64,000 bases of DNA from an uncultured Pseudomonadota bacterium (GCA_963778795.1 CAVZVU010000001.1:1452776-1516775); one strand, 5' to 3'. Positions 32,347 through 47,000 are shown, numbered from the stretch's first letter. The notes: a model not told the origin generated them from the sequence alone. Numbers and translations are program-made.

Positions 32347-35034
32347 ATGATAGAGTGCCGCGAGATGGAAGAGACGATCGCGCACCAGTTCGCGTCGGCC
32401 CGTCGACGCGCGGGCGACGCCGTGAGCAACGGCCGTGACGGGATCTCGGTGGCGCGCCAGCTCTCGTCGGATGTCGACGTCATCGTGAACGCCGTCGCCG
32501 GTCCGCACCTGGCCAAGTGTCCGACGCCGGTCGCGATCCTGGCCACCGGTGGTTTTGGTCGGTGCGAGCTGGCCCCCTATTCGGATCTGGATTTACTGGT
32601 GCTGTGCGCCGATCGCCCCGGTCGCGACGTGAGCGTCCTCGCCGAGGCGATCCTCTACCCGCTGTGGGACGCCAAGGTCGACGCCGGCCACGCCGTGCGG
32701 TCGTTCGATCAGGCGCTGGCGTTGCCGGAGTCGGACCTGGCCGCGGCGACGGCGTTGCTCGACGCGCGCTTCCTCATCGGCGATCAGGCGCTGGCGGACC
32801 GCTTTCTGGCCGAGTTTCGCGCGCGCGTCGCCGCGACCGCCGCCGAGGACTTCGTGGCCCGGTTGCGCGCCGAGCAGCGGGCGCGGCACAGCCGCTTCGG
32901 CGACACCATCTTCCTGCTCGAGCCCGACCTGAAGAACGGTCCGGGCGGGATGCGCGATCTGTGCGTCGGGCGCTGGGCGGCGATGGCGCGCTTCGGCAGC
33001 GGCGAGCCGCGCGACCTGCAGGCCAAGGGGGTGATGAACGAGCGGCTCGCGGTCGCGTTTCAGGCCGCGCGCGAGTGGTTGCTGCGCGTGCGCATCGCCG
33101 TGCACCACGCCGCCGGGCGGCGCCAGGACCAGCTGCGCTTCGCCATGCAAGAGGCGGTGGCGCCGATCCTGTGCGCCGACGCCAAGGCCAGCGAGGGCGA
33201 CATCCGCCCGGCGGTCGCGCCCGCCGTCGAGGCGCTGATGCACCAGTTTCACGCCCACGCCAAGCTGGTGCGGCGCGAGACCGAGCGCCTGCTGCAGCGC
33301 GCGACCCTGCGCGACGATCACCGGCGCACCACCGTGCCGGTCGTGCTGCGCGCGTCGCCGCAGCGCGACCCCAGCTTCGTGATCCGCGACGGCGCGCTCG
33401 AGCCGGTCGACGAGGCGGTGTTCGAGCAAGAAGCCGTCGGAGATGATCCGGATCTTCTCGGCCGCGGTCGAGCTGGACGTGCCGCTGGCGCTGCGCACGC
33501 GCGAGCTGATCGCCGAGCGCGCCGCCTCGGCCGGCGAGGCGCTGCGCGCCGATCCCGACACCGGGCCGCGCTTCATCGACTTCCTGTGCGACACGACCGA
33601 TCGGGCCAACCCGTCGCGCGTCGAGGAGATGCAGGACCTGGGCCTGCTGGCGGCCATCATGCCCGAGTGGGAGCCGAGCACCGGCCGCGTGCAGCACGAC
33701 ATCTACCACGTCTACACCGTCGACCAGCACGCGCTGTACGCGGTGGCGCGGCTGCACGCGCTGTCGCGCGGCGAGCTGCACGACGAGTTCCCGGTGCCGA
33801 GCGAGACCATCCAGGAGGTGCAGCGCCCGGTCGCCATGGTCGTCGGCACGCTGCTGCACGACGTGGGCAAGCCGTACGGCAAACCGCACAGCGACAAGGG
33901 CGCCGACCTGACCGTCGGCATCGCGCGCCGCCTGGGCCTCGAGGAGGAAGACGTCAAGCGCGCCGAGTTCCTGGTGCGCCAGCACCTGGTCATGGGGCAG
34001 ATGTCGCAGCGGCGCGACCTGGACGACCTCGACATGATCGCCGACGTTCGGCCAGCTGTGCGGCGACGAGGAGAACCTGCGCGAGCTGTACCTGCTGACC
34101 TTCTGCGATCTGTCGTCGGTCGCGCCCGACAACCTCACGGGCTGGAAGGAGACGCTGCTGCGCGAGCTGTTCCAGCGCACGCTCAACTTCCTGCGCCGCG
34201 GGCCCCGACCTGCTGGGCGCCGAGCGCGCCGAGATCGTCCACCGCCGCCAGCGGCGCGCCGCCAAGCTGCTGGGCGAGGATCCCGACGACGAGGCGCTGG
34301 TGCGGCTGTTCCGCGGCTTGCCCGATCGCTACTTCGCCGAGAACACCGCGCGCAAGATCGCGTCGCACATCCAGCTGATCCGCGCGCGCCGCGCGCGCCA
34401 GCGAGAGCTCGATCATCGACGTCAGCCACGAGCGGCGGCTGGGCATCACCGACATGGTGCTGGCGGCGATCGACGTGCCCGGGCTTGCTGGCCGAGGTGA
34501 CGGGCGTGCTGCACGCCAACCGCATCGACGTCGTCGACGCCGCCATCTACTCGCGCGAGTCGTCGGAGCCGGGCGAGCCGGCCGAGGCGCTCGACGTCTT
34601 CCGCGTGCGCGACAGCATGGGGCGCGCGGTCACCGACGAGGTGCGCTGGCGCAAGATCCGCGAGGACCTCGAGGCGGTGCTGTCGGGCCGGGTCAAGGTC
34701 GAGACGCTGGTGGCGTCGCGGCCCAAGATCGACTCGGTGGCGGCGTGGCGGACGCCCGAGGTGCCGACCGAGCTCAAGATCGACAACGAGGTCAGCCGCA
34801 ACTTCACCGTGGTCGAGGTGATCACCGAGGATCGCCCCGGCGTGCTGTACGCCATCACCCGCACGCTGTTCGCGCAGGGGCTGGACATCCACCGCTCGAA
34901 GATCGCGACCGAGGCCAACCGCGCCGTCGACGTCTTCTACGTGCGCGACAAGGCCAGCGGCGAGAAGGTCACCGACCCGGAGCGCGCGCGAGGCCCTGCG
35001 CGCGGCCCTGCTCGCGTCGCTGCCGCAAGGGTAG
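32347..35034 (+). pseudogene. glnD: [protein-PII] uridylyltransferase / uridylyl-removing enzyme (frame-disrupted, about 6 frame changes)
   Basis: Nucleotidyltransferase motif GGFGRCELAPYSDLDLLVL, HD domain LLHDVGKP, and two ACT domains (VLHANRIDVVDAAIY.., VLYAITRTLFAQGLDIHRSKIAT). Frame changes near 33430, 34045, 34200, 34395, 34485 and 34985, all +1. Confidence 0.85.
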
Positions 35035-35053
35035 TCGCTCGCGGGTCAGTTGA

Positions 35054-35137
35054 ACGCCAAGACGCCACGACGCCACGGTCCGAAACGCTCAGGAAGCCGG
35101 TCTTTGGCGTCGTCTGGCGTCATGGCGTTTCTTCTTA
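35054..35137 (+). terminator. long hairpin followed by a T-rich tract downstream of glnD
   Basis: ACGCCAAGACGCCACGACGCCA (35054-35075) pairs imperfectly with TGGCGTCGTCTGGCGTCATGGCGT (35105-35128), followed by TTCTTCTTA. Confidence 0.5.
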
Positions 35138-35169
35138 TCTGACCAGTATTGAGGCGAGTCGCTCGCTGT

Positions 35170-36264
35170 ATGCTGCCGACCATGCGCCGTCTCCGCACCC
35201 CCCTTTGCTGTCACCGCAGTCTTGGCTTCGTCGCTGGTCCTTGCCTGGCCGTCGCCCGCGCAGCGCGCAGGAAAAGGGCGGCGCCGGCGCGCTGCTCGAG
35301 CAGGGGCGAGCGCCTGTTCCGCCAGGGCGACCTCGCGGGCGCGCTGCGGGCCTTCGACGCCGCGACCAAGGCCGATCCCAAGGACGCGCGCGCGCGCTAC
35401 CTGCGCGGCGTCGCGCTGGAGAAGAAGGGCGACGTCGCCGGCGCGATGGCCGCCTACCGCCACGCGATCGCCCGCCGCGCCGACTTCGCCGAGGCGCACA
35501 ACAACCTGGGCGCGCTGCTGCAGTCGAGCGGCGAATCGGCCGCGCGCCGCCGTCGAGCTGGAGGCGGCGATCAAGGCCAAGCCCGACTACGCCGAGGCGC
35601 AGTACAACCTGGGCGTCGCGCGCGACGCGCTGGGCAAGAGGGTCGAGGCCGTCGGCCGCTTACAGGGAGGCGGTGCGCCTGCGCCCCAGCGACGGCAGCT
35701 ATCGCCTGAATCTGGGCGCTGCCCTGCGCCGGGTCGGCGACGTCGACGGCGCGCTGGCGGCGCTGCGCGAGGCGACGCGTCTGCTGCCCAAGGACGCGGT
35801 CGCCTGGGCCGACCTGGGGATGATCCTGTCCGACAAGAAGGTCTACGACGACGCGCAGAAGGCGCTGGAGAAGTCGACGGCGCTCAAGCCCGACTTCGCG
35901 CTGGCCTGGAACCGGCTGGGGCGCGTCGCAGCTGAAACAGGGGCACATTCCGGATTCGATCGCCGCGCAAGAGCGGGCGCGCAAGCTCGACCCGAAGAGC
36001 GGCGCGTTCGCCGCCGATCTCTGCCGAACGCTGTTCGAGGCGAAACAGCCGGTGCGCGCCATCACCGAGTGCCGCGCTGCGGTCGCGCTCGATCCGGGCA
36101 ACCCGCTGGCCCACTACGAGCTGGGCAAGGCGCTGGTCGCCAACGGCGACTGCAGCGCCGCCAACGCCGAGCTGGCGCGGTTCCGCGCGCTCCCCGGCGT
36201 CAAGCCGGAGGCCAAGGCCCAGGCCGACGCCATCGCCAAGTCCTGCGCGCCCCGGGCGCACTGA
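35170..36264 (+). pseudogene. secreted TPR-repeat protein (frame-disrupted, about 4 frame changes)
   Basis: Signal-like N-terminus, then repeated TPR consensus segments (ALRAFDAATKADPKDARARYLRGVAL.., FAEAHNNLGALL.., YAEAQYNLGVA.., AVAWADLGMIL.., PLAHYELGKAL..) spread over three frames. Confidence 0.75.
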
Positions 36265-36376
36265 GCCAGCGCCGGGCGGGCCAGTCGGGGCCACGGCCAG
36301 AGCCAGTGCCGTCGCTGAACCGGCGCCGAATCGGCCCGGAAAATTCGCGATTGCGGCGTCGTGGGCGAGTCGCTAA

Positions 36377-37855
<1,479 letters not shown>

Positions 37856-37863
37856 CGGGGCGC

Positions 37864-37945
37864 GGAACGGACCCTCACCCTCACCCTCTCCCTCCTATCC
37901 CCTCTCCCAGTCTGCTGGGAGAGGGCTAGGGTGAGGGTCCGTTCC
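37864..37945. terminator. compound long hairpin between convergent guaB and the response-regulator gene
   Basis: The outer 18-bp stem is perfect: GGAACGGACCCTCACCCT / AGGGTGAGGGTCCGTTCC. Inner stem CCCTCTCCCA / TGGGAGAGGG. Confidence 0.65.
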
Positions 37946-37957
37946 GGTCCTCCCGTG

Positions 37958-39330
<1,373 letters not shown>

Positions 39331-39334
<4 letters not shown>

Positions 39335-40956
39335 GCGCGCGGTCCCAAGGCAGGGGCCGCCGCCGCGGGGCGCGCCAAGGTGAGCTCGAAGCGGGTCACG
39401 TCTCCCTCGCGAGCGTAGATCACGTCGCCCCCGTGCGCACGGGCGATCGCGCGCGAGATCGCCAGGCCGAGCCCGGTCCCCTCGGGCTTGGTGGTGAAGA
39501 ACGGCTCGAACAGCTCGCCGACCCGCGCCGCCGGGACGCCGCCGCCGGCGTCCTGCACCCGCACGCGCACCGCGGCGCCGTCGTCGTACACCGTCGCTGC
39601 GACGGTGCCGCCGTCGGGCGAGGCCTCGATGGCGTTGCGCAGCAGGTTGTCGAGCGCGCGCGCCATGGCGTCGACGTCGGCGGGCAGCGACCCGCTGCCG
39701 CCCGCGGTCCGGATGGTCACGCCGCGCAGCGCGCTCCAGGGGGCCAGCGCCTCGACGCGCGTGCGCAACAGCGCCCCGACGTCGGTCTGGTGGCGCGGAC
39801 CGAGCGCGCGCCCCGACACGATCAATAGATCCGCGACCAGCCGGTCGAGCCGGGTGATCTCCGACGACGCGTGCGCGATCGCCTGGACCACCGCCGGCGG
39901 TAGAGGATCGGCGCGTGGACGGAGCTCGGCTTGCCGAGCGGAGTCCGTCGCGGGAGGGTCCGGGAACCCGCCCAGGGTTCCCGGTTGAATGGCGCGTGGA
40001 CGGAGCTCGGCTTGCCGAGCGGAGTCCGTCGCGGGAGGGTCCGGGAACCCTTCCAGGGTTCCCGGTTGAAACGCGTATGTAGGCGTATCGCCGGCTATCG
40101 CCAGATCGAGGCGCAGCTTGATCGACGCCAGCGGGTTGCGCACCTCGTGCGCGACGCCGGCCACCACCCGCCCGAGCGCGACCAGCCGCTCTTGCTGAGC
40201 CAGGTCGCGCCCGAGGCGCTCCTGGATCTCGCGCGCCTCGGCCAGGCGCCGCGCCAGGGTCGCGATCCCGTCGGCGATCGCGCTCAGCTCGCGCACGGGG
40301 GGGCGCGGCACCGGCGTCGACAGATCGGTGGCCAGCGCGCCCAGCGCGCTCTGGATCCCGCCGGCGCCGCGCTTGAACATGGTCAGCGCGCGCGCGGCGC
40401 TGGCGACCAGCAACAGCGCCGACAGCGTGAGCGCCCCGACGAGCAGCCGCCAGCTCTGCGAGTAGGGCGACGGCTTGATCGCGACTGCGACCCATGCCAA
40501 CCGCGGGCTGGTGCCGGCGGCGCTGGGGGTGCGCGCGACGCTCTGGGCCCCCTGGGCGACCCCGACCGGTTCGATTCGCCCCACCAGCACCGCACCCGCG
40601 AGCGGCGACTCGACGTCGACGGCTTGGTGCTCGGCCAGCGCGCGCGCCGCCGCCGCCGCCAGCGGCGGTCGCCAGTCGAGCGGCGCGCGCCCGCCCACCG
40701 CCTCGGGGTGCGCGGCGATCCCCCCGCGCATGCCGATCATCGCCGGCGCGGCCCCGTCGGGCTCGTCCTGGCTGGAGCCCAGCAGGGTTGCCATCTCTTC
40801 GCCGGCCGCCTCGTGGGCCCGCTCCAGGCGCTGCGCCATGCTGAAGGCGATGATCCGGTAGAGGGCCGCGGCCGACAGCACGGCGGTGAAGATCCCCAGG
40901 ATGGCGACGGTCGTCATCCCATGCCCGATCCGCCGCGGTAGCTTCATCACGGACAC
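39331..40956 (-). CDS. sensor histidine kinase (two TM segments, periplasmic loop, HisKA + HATPase_c) carrying a 54-aa repeat insertion in the DHp loop
   Basis: H box HEVRNPLASI, N box DNLLRNAIEA, G1 VQDAGGGV, G2 GTGLGLAIS. TM segments TTVAILGIFTAVLSAAALY and LLVGALTLSALLLVASAA. The start is GTG at 40956 or ATG at 40947. Confidence 0.9.
39910..40071 (+). repeat. two tandem 81-nt REP-like units embedded in-frame in the histidine kinase CDS
   Basis: Units 39910-39990 and 39991-40071 are near identical and homologous to the intergenic copy at 18914-18990. Confidence 0.9.
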
Positions 40957-41163
40957 GGCCTAGCAAGAAGAATTCCCGCCCGTGGCCGCGGCTGGCCCGC
41001 GGCGCCCGGGCCCGGAGCGTGGCGGGGCACTGCCTCGGGACGCGACACCTGTCGTGAAAGGCGACACGCGACGGCCCGACGACGGGCCGCAAGAAAGTCC
41101 CAAGAACGTCCAAAGACAGCCAGAAGACAGCCAGTGTCAGCCGATGTTTTCGTCGCCGACCGC

Positions 41164-41178
41164 TGGCATTCTTGTTGC
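41164..41178 (+). promoter_or_regulatory. candidate sigma-54 (-24/-12) promoter of the tolC-mdtABC operon
   Basis: TGGCAT-N5-TTGC (TGGCATTCTTGTTGC) matches the TGGCAC-N5-TTGC consensus with correct GG-N10-GC spacing. It lies 23 nt upstream of the ATG at 41201 and next to a divergent NtrC-type two-component pair. Confidence 0.55.
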
Positions 41179-41200
41179 CAAGGCACGAGGTTGTCTCCCT

Positions 41201-42591
41201 ATGCCCTATCCTCGGGTCGTTTCAATTCCCGCTCATTGTTGTTGGGTCCTGGTCTCGCTGGTCGCCGCGGGCACGGCGCTGGCTGCCGCCGACGCGCAAC
41301 CGACCCCGGCGCCGCGCCCGCTGACATTGTCGCAGGCGGAGGAGAACGCGCTCCACAATCAGCCGTCGCTGCGCCAGGCGCACGCGCAGACCGACGCCGC
41401 CCAAGGGCGCGTCGAGCAGGCGCGCGCCGGCTACTTGCCGCAGGCCACCGGCACGGCGACCTACCAGCGCATCACCGGCAATGTCGTCGTGCGTCCCGGC
41501 GCGTTCCCCGGCGCGACCGCGTCCGCGGGCTCCATGACCGCCGGGAACACGACGGTTCTGGGCAGCTGGACCGACAAGACCTACAATTTTTTCAACTTCG
41601 GTGTCGCGGCGTCGCAGCTGATCTACGACTTCGGTCAGACCAACAAACGCTGGAGCTCGGCCGAGGCCAGCCGCGACGCCTCGCAGATGAGCGAGCTGAC
41701 GGCCGCGCAGCAGGCGCTGCTGGCCGTGCGCAACGCCTATTTCCTCGCGCGCGCCGGCGTCGATCTGATCGCCGTGGCGAAGGAGACGCTGGCCAATCAG
41801 GAGAAGCACTTCGTCCAGATCCAGGCCTTCGTCGGCGCCGGCATTCGCCCCGAGATCGATCTCGCGCAGGCGCGCACCGCGGTGGCCAACGCCCGGGTGC
41901 AGCTGGTCACCGCCACCAACAACCAGGCGGTGGCGGTTGCCCAGCTCGAGCAGGCGATGGGGTTGGTCGAGGGGGTCAGCTACGATCTGGCCGACAGCTC
42001 GCTCGCGCCCGTGCGCCGGCGAGGACGGCACGCTGCAGGCGCTGGTCGACGGCGCGCTTGCCGCGCGCCCCGAGCTGGCGACGATCCAGCGCCAGCGGCG
42101 CGCGCAGGAGCTGACGCTGGCGTCGCTGCGCGGCGGCTACGGGCCGGCGCTGGACGCCACCGGCGGGGCGACCGAAGGCGGCGTCTCCATCGACCACCTG
42201 GTGCCCAACTGGTACGTCGGCCTGTCGCTGACCTGGTCGTTCCTGCAAGGCGGGTTGACCAAGGGGCAGGTGCATGAGGCGAACGGAACGCTGGCGGCGC
42301 TGGCGCGCGCAGGAGGACAACCTGCGCCTGAGCGTGCGCGTCGACGTCGAACAGGGGCAGCTGGGCGTGCGCGCCGCCAAGGCGACCATCGGCGCGGCGC
42401 AGGACGCGCTGGCGAGCGCGCGCGATCAGCTGCGCCTGGCCGAGGCCCGTTACGCGCAGGGGCTGGGCAGCGTGATCGAGCTCGGCGACGCGCAGGTGGC
42501 GATGAGCACGGCGGCGGCGCAAGACGTTCAGGCGCGGTTCAATTTGTCGGCGGCTCGAGCCCAGCTCATGGCCGCCCTGGGGGTCCGATGA
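41201..42591 (+). pseudogene. TolC-family outer membrane efflux protein (two frame changes near 42010 and 42290)
   Basis: Signal peptide, then two tandem OEP repeats (LTLSQAEENALHNQPSLRQA.., YLPQATGTATYQR.., ELATIQRQRRAQELTLASLRGGYGP..). Its stop overlaps the next start (ATGA). Confidence 0.85.
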
Positions 42592-44036
42592 ACACGAAGA
42601 GCCGAGCCGATCGTCGCCTGGAACATTCACATCCGCCCGAGAACCGCGCCGGCGATCCGCCTGCCGAGCGCGCGCCCGAGCGCCCGCAAGGCGTCGCCCG
42701 CGAACCGGTGCAGGGAGACGGCGTCGACGGCGACGTCCCGCCGGTGCCGGCCGCGCGCACGAGGCCGTTCGTCTGGACGGTTGTTGTGCTGATCGCGCTG
42801 GCGCTGGGCGCGGCGTTCGTCATGCATCAGCGCAGCCAGGCCAAGGTCGCCCCGGGCGCGGCGGCGGCGGGCGCCGACGGCGAGCGCGCCTCGTCGCGCG
42901 GTGGGCGCAACGCCGGCGCCGCCGGCGGGGCCGACCGCGTCGTCCCGGTGCTGGTCTCGACGGTCACGCGGCGCGACGTTCCGATCACCGTCGAGGGGCT
43001 GGGCAGCGTCATCGCGTTCAAGACGGTGAACATCCGCACCCAGGTCGACGGGCGGCTCGATCGCGTGGTCTTCAGCGAAGGGCAGGCGGTGAAGAAGGGC
43101 GATCTGCTGGCCCAGGTCGACAGCCGTCCGTTCACCATCCAGCTGCACCAGGCCGAGGCGGCGCTGGCGCGCGACCAGGCGCAGCTGCAGGGGGCAGAGC
43201 TGAACCTCAAGCGCTACGAGGCGGTGGTGGCCCAGCGCCTGATCCCGCAACAACAGGTCGACGATCAGCGCGCGCTGACCGAGCAGCTGAAGGGCACGGT
43301 TCAGTCGGACCAGGCCCAGATCGAGAACGCGCGCCTGCAGCTGGTCTACGCGCGCATCACCTCGCCGATCGACGGCGTGACCGGCGATCCGTCAGGTCGA
43401 CGCCGGCAACCTGGTGCACGCCGCCGACGCCAACGGCATCGTCGTGGTCACCCAGCTCGATCCGATCGCGATCATCTTCACGCTGCCGCAGGACGAGCTG
43501 CCGCGCGTGGTGCAGAGCCAGGCCGGCGGCCCGCCCGATGGTCGAGGCGCTGAGCCGCGACGGCGACCGCGCGCTGGGCACCGGCACGCTGACGCTGGTC
43601 GACAACCAGATCAACCAGAACACCGCGACCATTCGGCTGAAGGCGGTCTTCCCCAATCCGGCGCACACGCTGTGGCCCAACCAGTTCGTGAAGACCCGCC
43701 TGCGGCTGGAATGCAGCAAGGGGGCGCTGGTGGTTCCGGCGGCCGCGGTCCAGCGCGGCCCGCAGGGGACGTTCGTCTACGTGGTCGGCGAAGACGGCAA
43801 GGCCGCCGTCAAGCCGATCCAGATCGACACCATCGAGGGCGCGACGGCGCTGCTCACGGGCGGGGTCGAGACCGGCGATCGGGTGGTGACCGAAGGACAG
43901 AATCAGCTGCGTCCCGGCGCGCGCGTCAGCGTGCGCCAGCCGGGCAACCGAGAGGCGCGCCGGCCACGCGGGTGCCGCGGGCGGGGCGGCCCCTGGTGGC
44001 GGCGGCAAGCACGCGGGATCGAAGCGACCGAAATGA
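42588..44036 (+). pseudogene. mdtA: RND efflux periplasmic adaptor (membrane fusion protein), MdtA-like (about 3 frame changes)
   Basis: TM anchor FVWTVVVLIALALGAAFV, lipoyl/hairpin motifs VKKGDLLAQVDSRPF and YARITSPIDGVTG, beta-barrel region. Frame changes near 43385, 43535 and 43960. Its stop overlaps the mdtB ATG (ATGA). Confidence 0.85.
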
Positions 44037-47000
44037 ACGTCTCCGAGCCGTTCATCCGCCGCCCGATCGGCACGTCGCTGCTGATGGTCGGCGTGCTGAT
44101 CGCCGGCGCGGTCGGCTATCGCCAGCTGCCGGTCGCGGCGCTGCCGCAGGTCGACTACCCGACGATCGCGGTCACCACGTTGCTGCCCGGCGCCAGCGCC
44201 GAGACCATGGTGTCGGCGGTGACCACGCCGCTCGAGCGGCAGCTGGGGCAGATCCCGTCGCTGGCGCAGCTGACCTCGGTCAGCAGCGCGGCGACGTCGC
44301 TGATCACGCTGCAGTTCACGCTCGACCGCGACATCGACGCCGCCGAGCAGGACGTGCAGGCGGCGATCAACGCGGCGTCGAACCTGCTGCCGCGCACGCT
44401 GCCGACGCCGCCGACCTACAGCAAGAGCAACCCCGCCGACGTGCCGGTGATCGCGCTCGGCGTCAGCTCCGACACCGCGCCGCTCGAGCGCGTCGACGAC
44501 TACGCCGATTCGATCCTGGCGCAGAAGATCTCGCAGGTCAGCGGCGTCGGCCTGGTCACGCTGAACGGCGGCCAGCGGCCCGCGGTGCGCGTGCAGGTCG
44601 ATCCGGTCGCGCTCGCGGGGCGCGGCCTCAGCCTGGAGGACGTGCGCGCGGTCCTGGTCGCCGCCAACGTCAACCAGCCCAAGGGCAACCTCGACGGCCC
44701 GCGCCTCAACTACACCATCGCCGCCAACGATCAGCTGCAGCAGGCCGCCGGCCTACCGGCCGCTGGTGGTCGCCTACCGCAACGGCGCGCCGATCCGGCT
44801 GTCCGACGTGGCGCAGGTGCTCGACGGCGTCGAGAACTCGCAGCTGGCCGGCTGGGCCAACGGCCACCGCGCCGTGATCCTGAACGTGCAGCGCCAGCCG
44901 GGCGCCAACCTGATCCAGGTCGCCGATCACGTCAAGGCGCTGCTGGCCGCAGCTGGAGACGTCGCTGCCGCAGGGGATCAAGATCGAGATCCTCAGCGAC
45001 CGCACCGACACCGTGCGCGCGTCGGTCGACGACGTGCAGTTCACGCTGCTCCTGACCATCGTGCTGGTGGTCGCGGTGATCTACCTGTTCCTGCGCAGCG
45101 TGCGCGCCACCATCATCCCGGGCGTCGCGGTGCCGCTGTCGCTGGTCGGCGACCTTCGGCGTGATGGCGCTGCTCGGCTACAGCCTCAACAACCTGACGC
45201 TGATGGCGCTGACCATCTCGACCGGCTTCGTCGTCGACGACGCCATCGTCATGATCGAGAACATCGCGCGCTACATCGAGCAGGGCGACAAGCCGCTGGA
45301 CGCGGCGCTCAAGGGGTCGAAGCAGATCGGCTTCACGATCATCTCGCTGACGGTGTCGCTGGTCGCGGTGCTGATCCCGCTGCTGTTCATGGGCGGCGTG
45401 ATCGGGCGGCTGTTCCGCGAGTTCGCGGTGACGCTGAGCACGGCGATCGTCGCGTCGGCGCTGATCTCGCTGACGCTGACGGCGATGATGTGCGCTCACA
45501 TCCTGCGTCCGGTGCATCCCGGGGACGAGAGCGCGATCGCGCGCGGCGCCGAGCGGGTCTTCAGCTGGATGGTCAAGGTCTACGACCGCGGCCTGGTCTG
45601 GGTGCTCGCGCACCGCAAGACCACGATGGTCGCGACCCTGGCGACGGTGCTGCTCACCGTGGTGCTGGCGGTGGTGACGCCCAAGGGGTTGTTCCCGCAG
45701 CAGGACACCGGCATGCTGCTCGGCGTCACCGAGGCCGCCGCCCGACGTCTCGTTCGCGACGATGGCCGAGCGGCAGCGCGCCGTCGCCGACGTGGTCATG
45801 GGCGATCCCGACGTCGACACCGTGGCGTCGTTCATCGGCGCCGACGGCACCAACCCGACGCTGAACACCGGGCGGCTGTCGATCCGCCTCAAGCCGCGCG
45901 CCGACCGCCAGGCCAGCGCGCAGCAGATCATGGATCGCCTGTCGCCGCGGCTGGCCGACGGTCGGCGGCATCGTCGTCTACCTGCAGGCGGTGCAGGATC
46001 TGCAGATCGAGAGCCGCACCAGCCGCACCCAGTACCAGTACACGCTGGAGGACGCCGACCCCGCCGAGCTGACGCGCCTGGGCGCCGCGCGTGCTCGAGC
46101 GGCTGCGCGAGCTGCCCGAGCTGGCCGACGTCGCCAGCGATCAGCAGGAGGGGGCGCGCTTCGCTGTCGCTGGTCGATCGATCGCGACACGGCGTCGCGC
46201 CTGGGCGTCACCGTCGCAGATGATCGACGACACGCTGTACGACGCCTTCGGCCAGCGCCAGGTCTCGACGATCTTCACCCAGCTCAACCTGTACCGCGTG
46301 ATCCTCGAGGTCGCGCCGGCCTTCCAGCAGGGCCCGGACGCGCTGTCGCAGATCTTCCTGCGCTCGGCCAGCGGCGAGTCGGTGCCGCTGAGCGCCGTTC
46401 GCCCACTACGAGCGCGATCCAGGGCGCGCTGTCGATCGCGCACCAGGGGCAGTTCCCGGCGGTCACGCTGTCGTTCAACCTGGCGCGCGGCGTCGTCGCT
46501 GGGCGACGCGGTCGAGGCGGTCGGCGCGCGGTGGCCGAGCTCGGCGCGCCGCCCGGGTTGCACGGCGACTTCCAGGGCGCGGCGCGCGGCGTTCGGCGAG
46601 TCGCTGTCGAGCGAGCCGCTGCTGATCCTGGCGGCGATCGTCACCGTCTACATCGTGCTCGGCGTGCTCTACGAGAGCTACATCCACCCGATCACGATCC
46701 TGTCGACGCTGCCGTCGGCCGGCGTCGGCGCGCTGCTGGCGCTGCTGCTGTGCCGGCTCGGAGCTGTCGGTGATCGCGCTCATCGGCATCATCCTGCTGA
46801 TCGGCATCGTCAAGAAGAACGCCATCATGATGATCGACTTCGCGCTCGAGGCCGAGCGCGACCGGGACCTGATCGCCGCGCGAGGCGATCCACGAGGCCT
46901 GCCTGCTGCGCTTCCGCCCCATCATGATGACCACGATGGCGGCGCTGCTGGGCGGGCTGCCGCTGGCGCTGGGGCAGCGGGACCGGCTCCGAGCTGCGCC

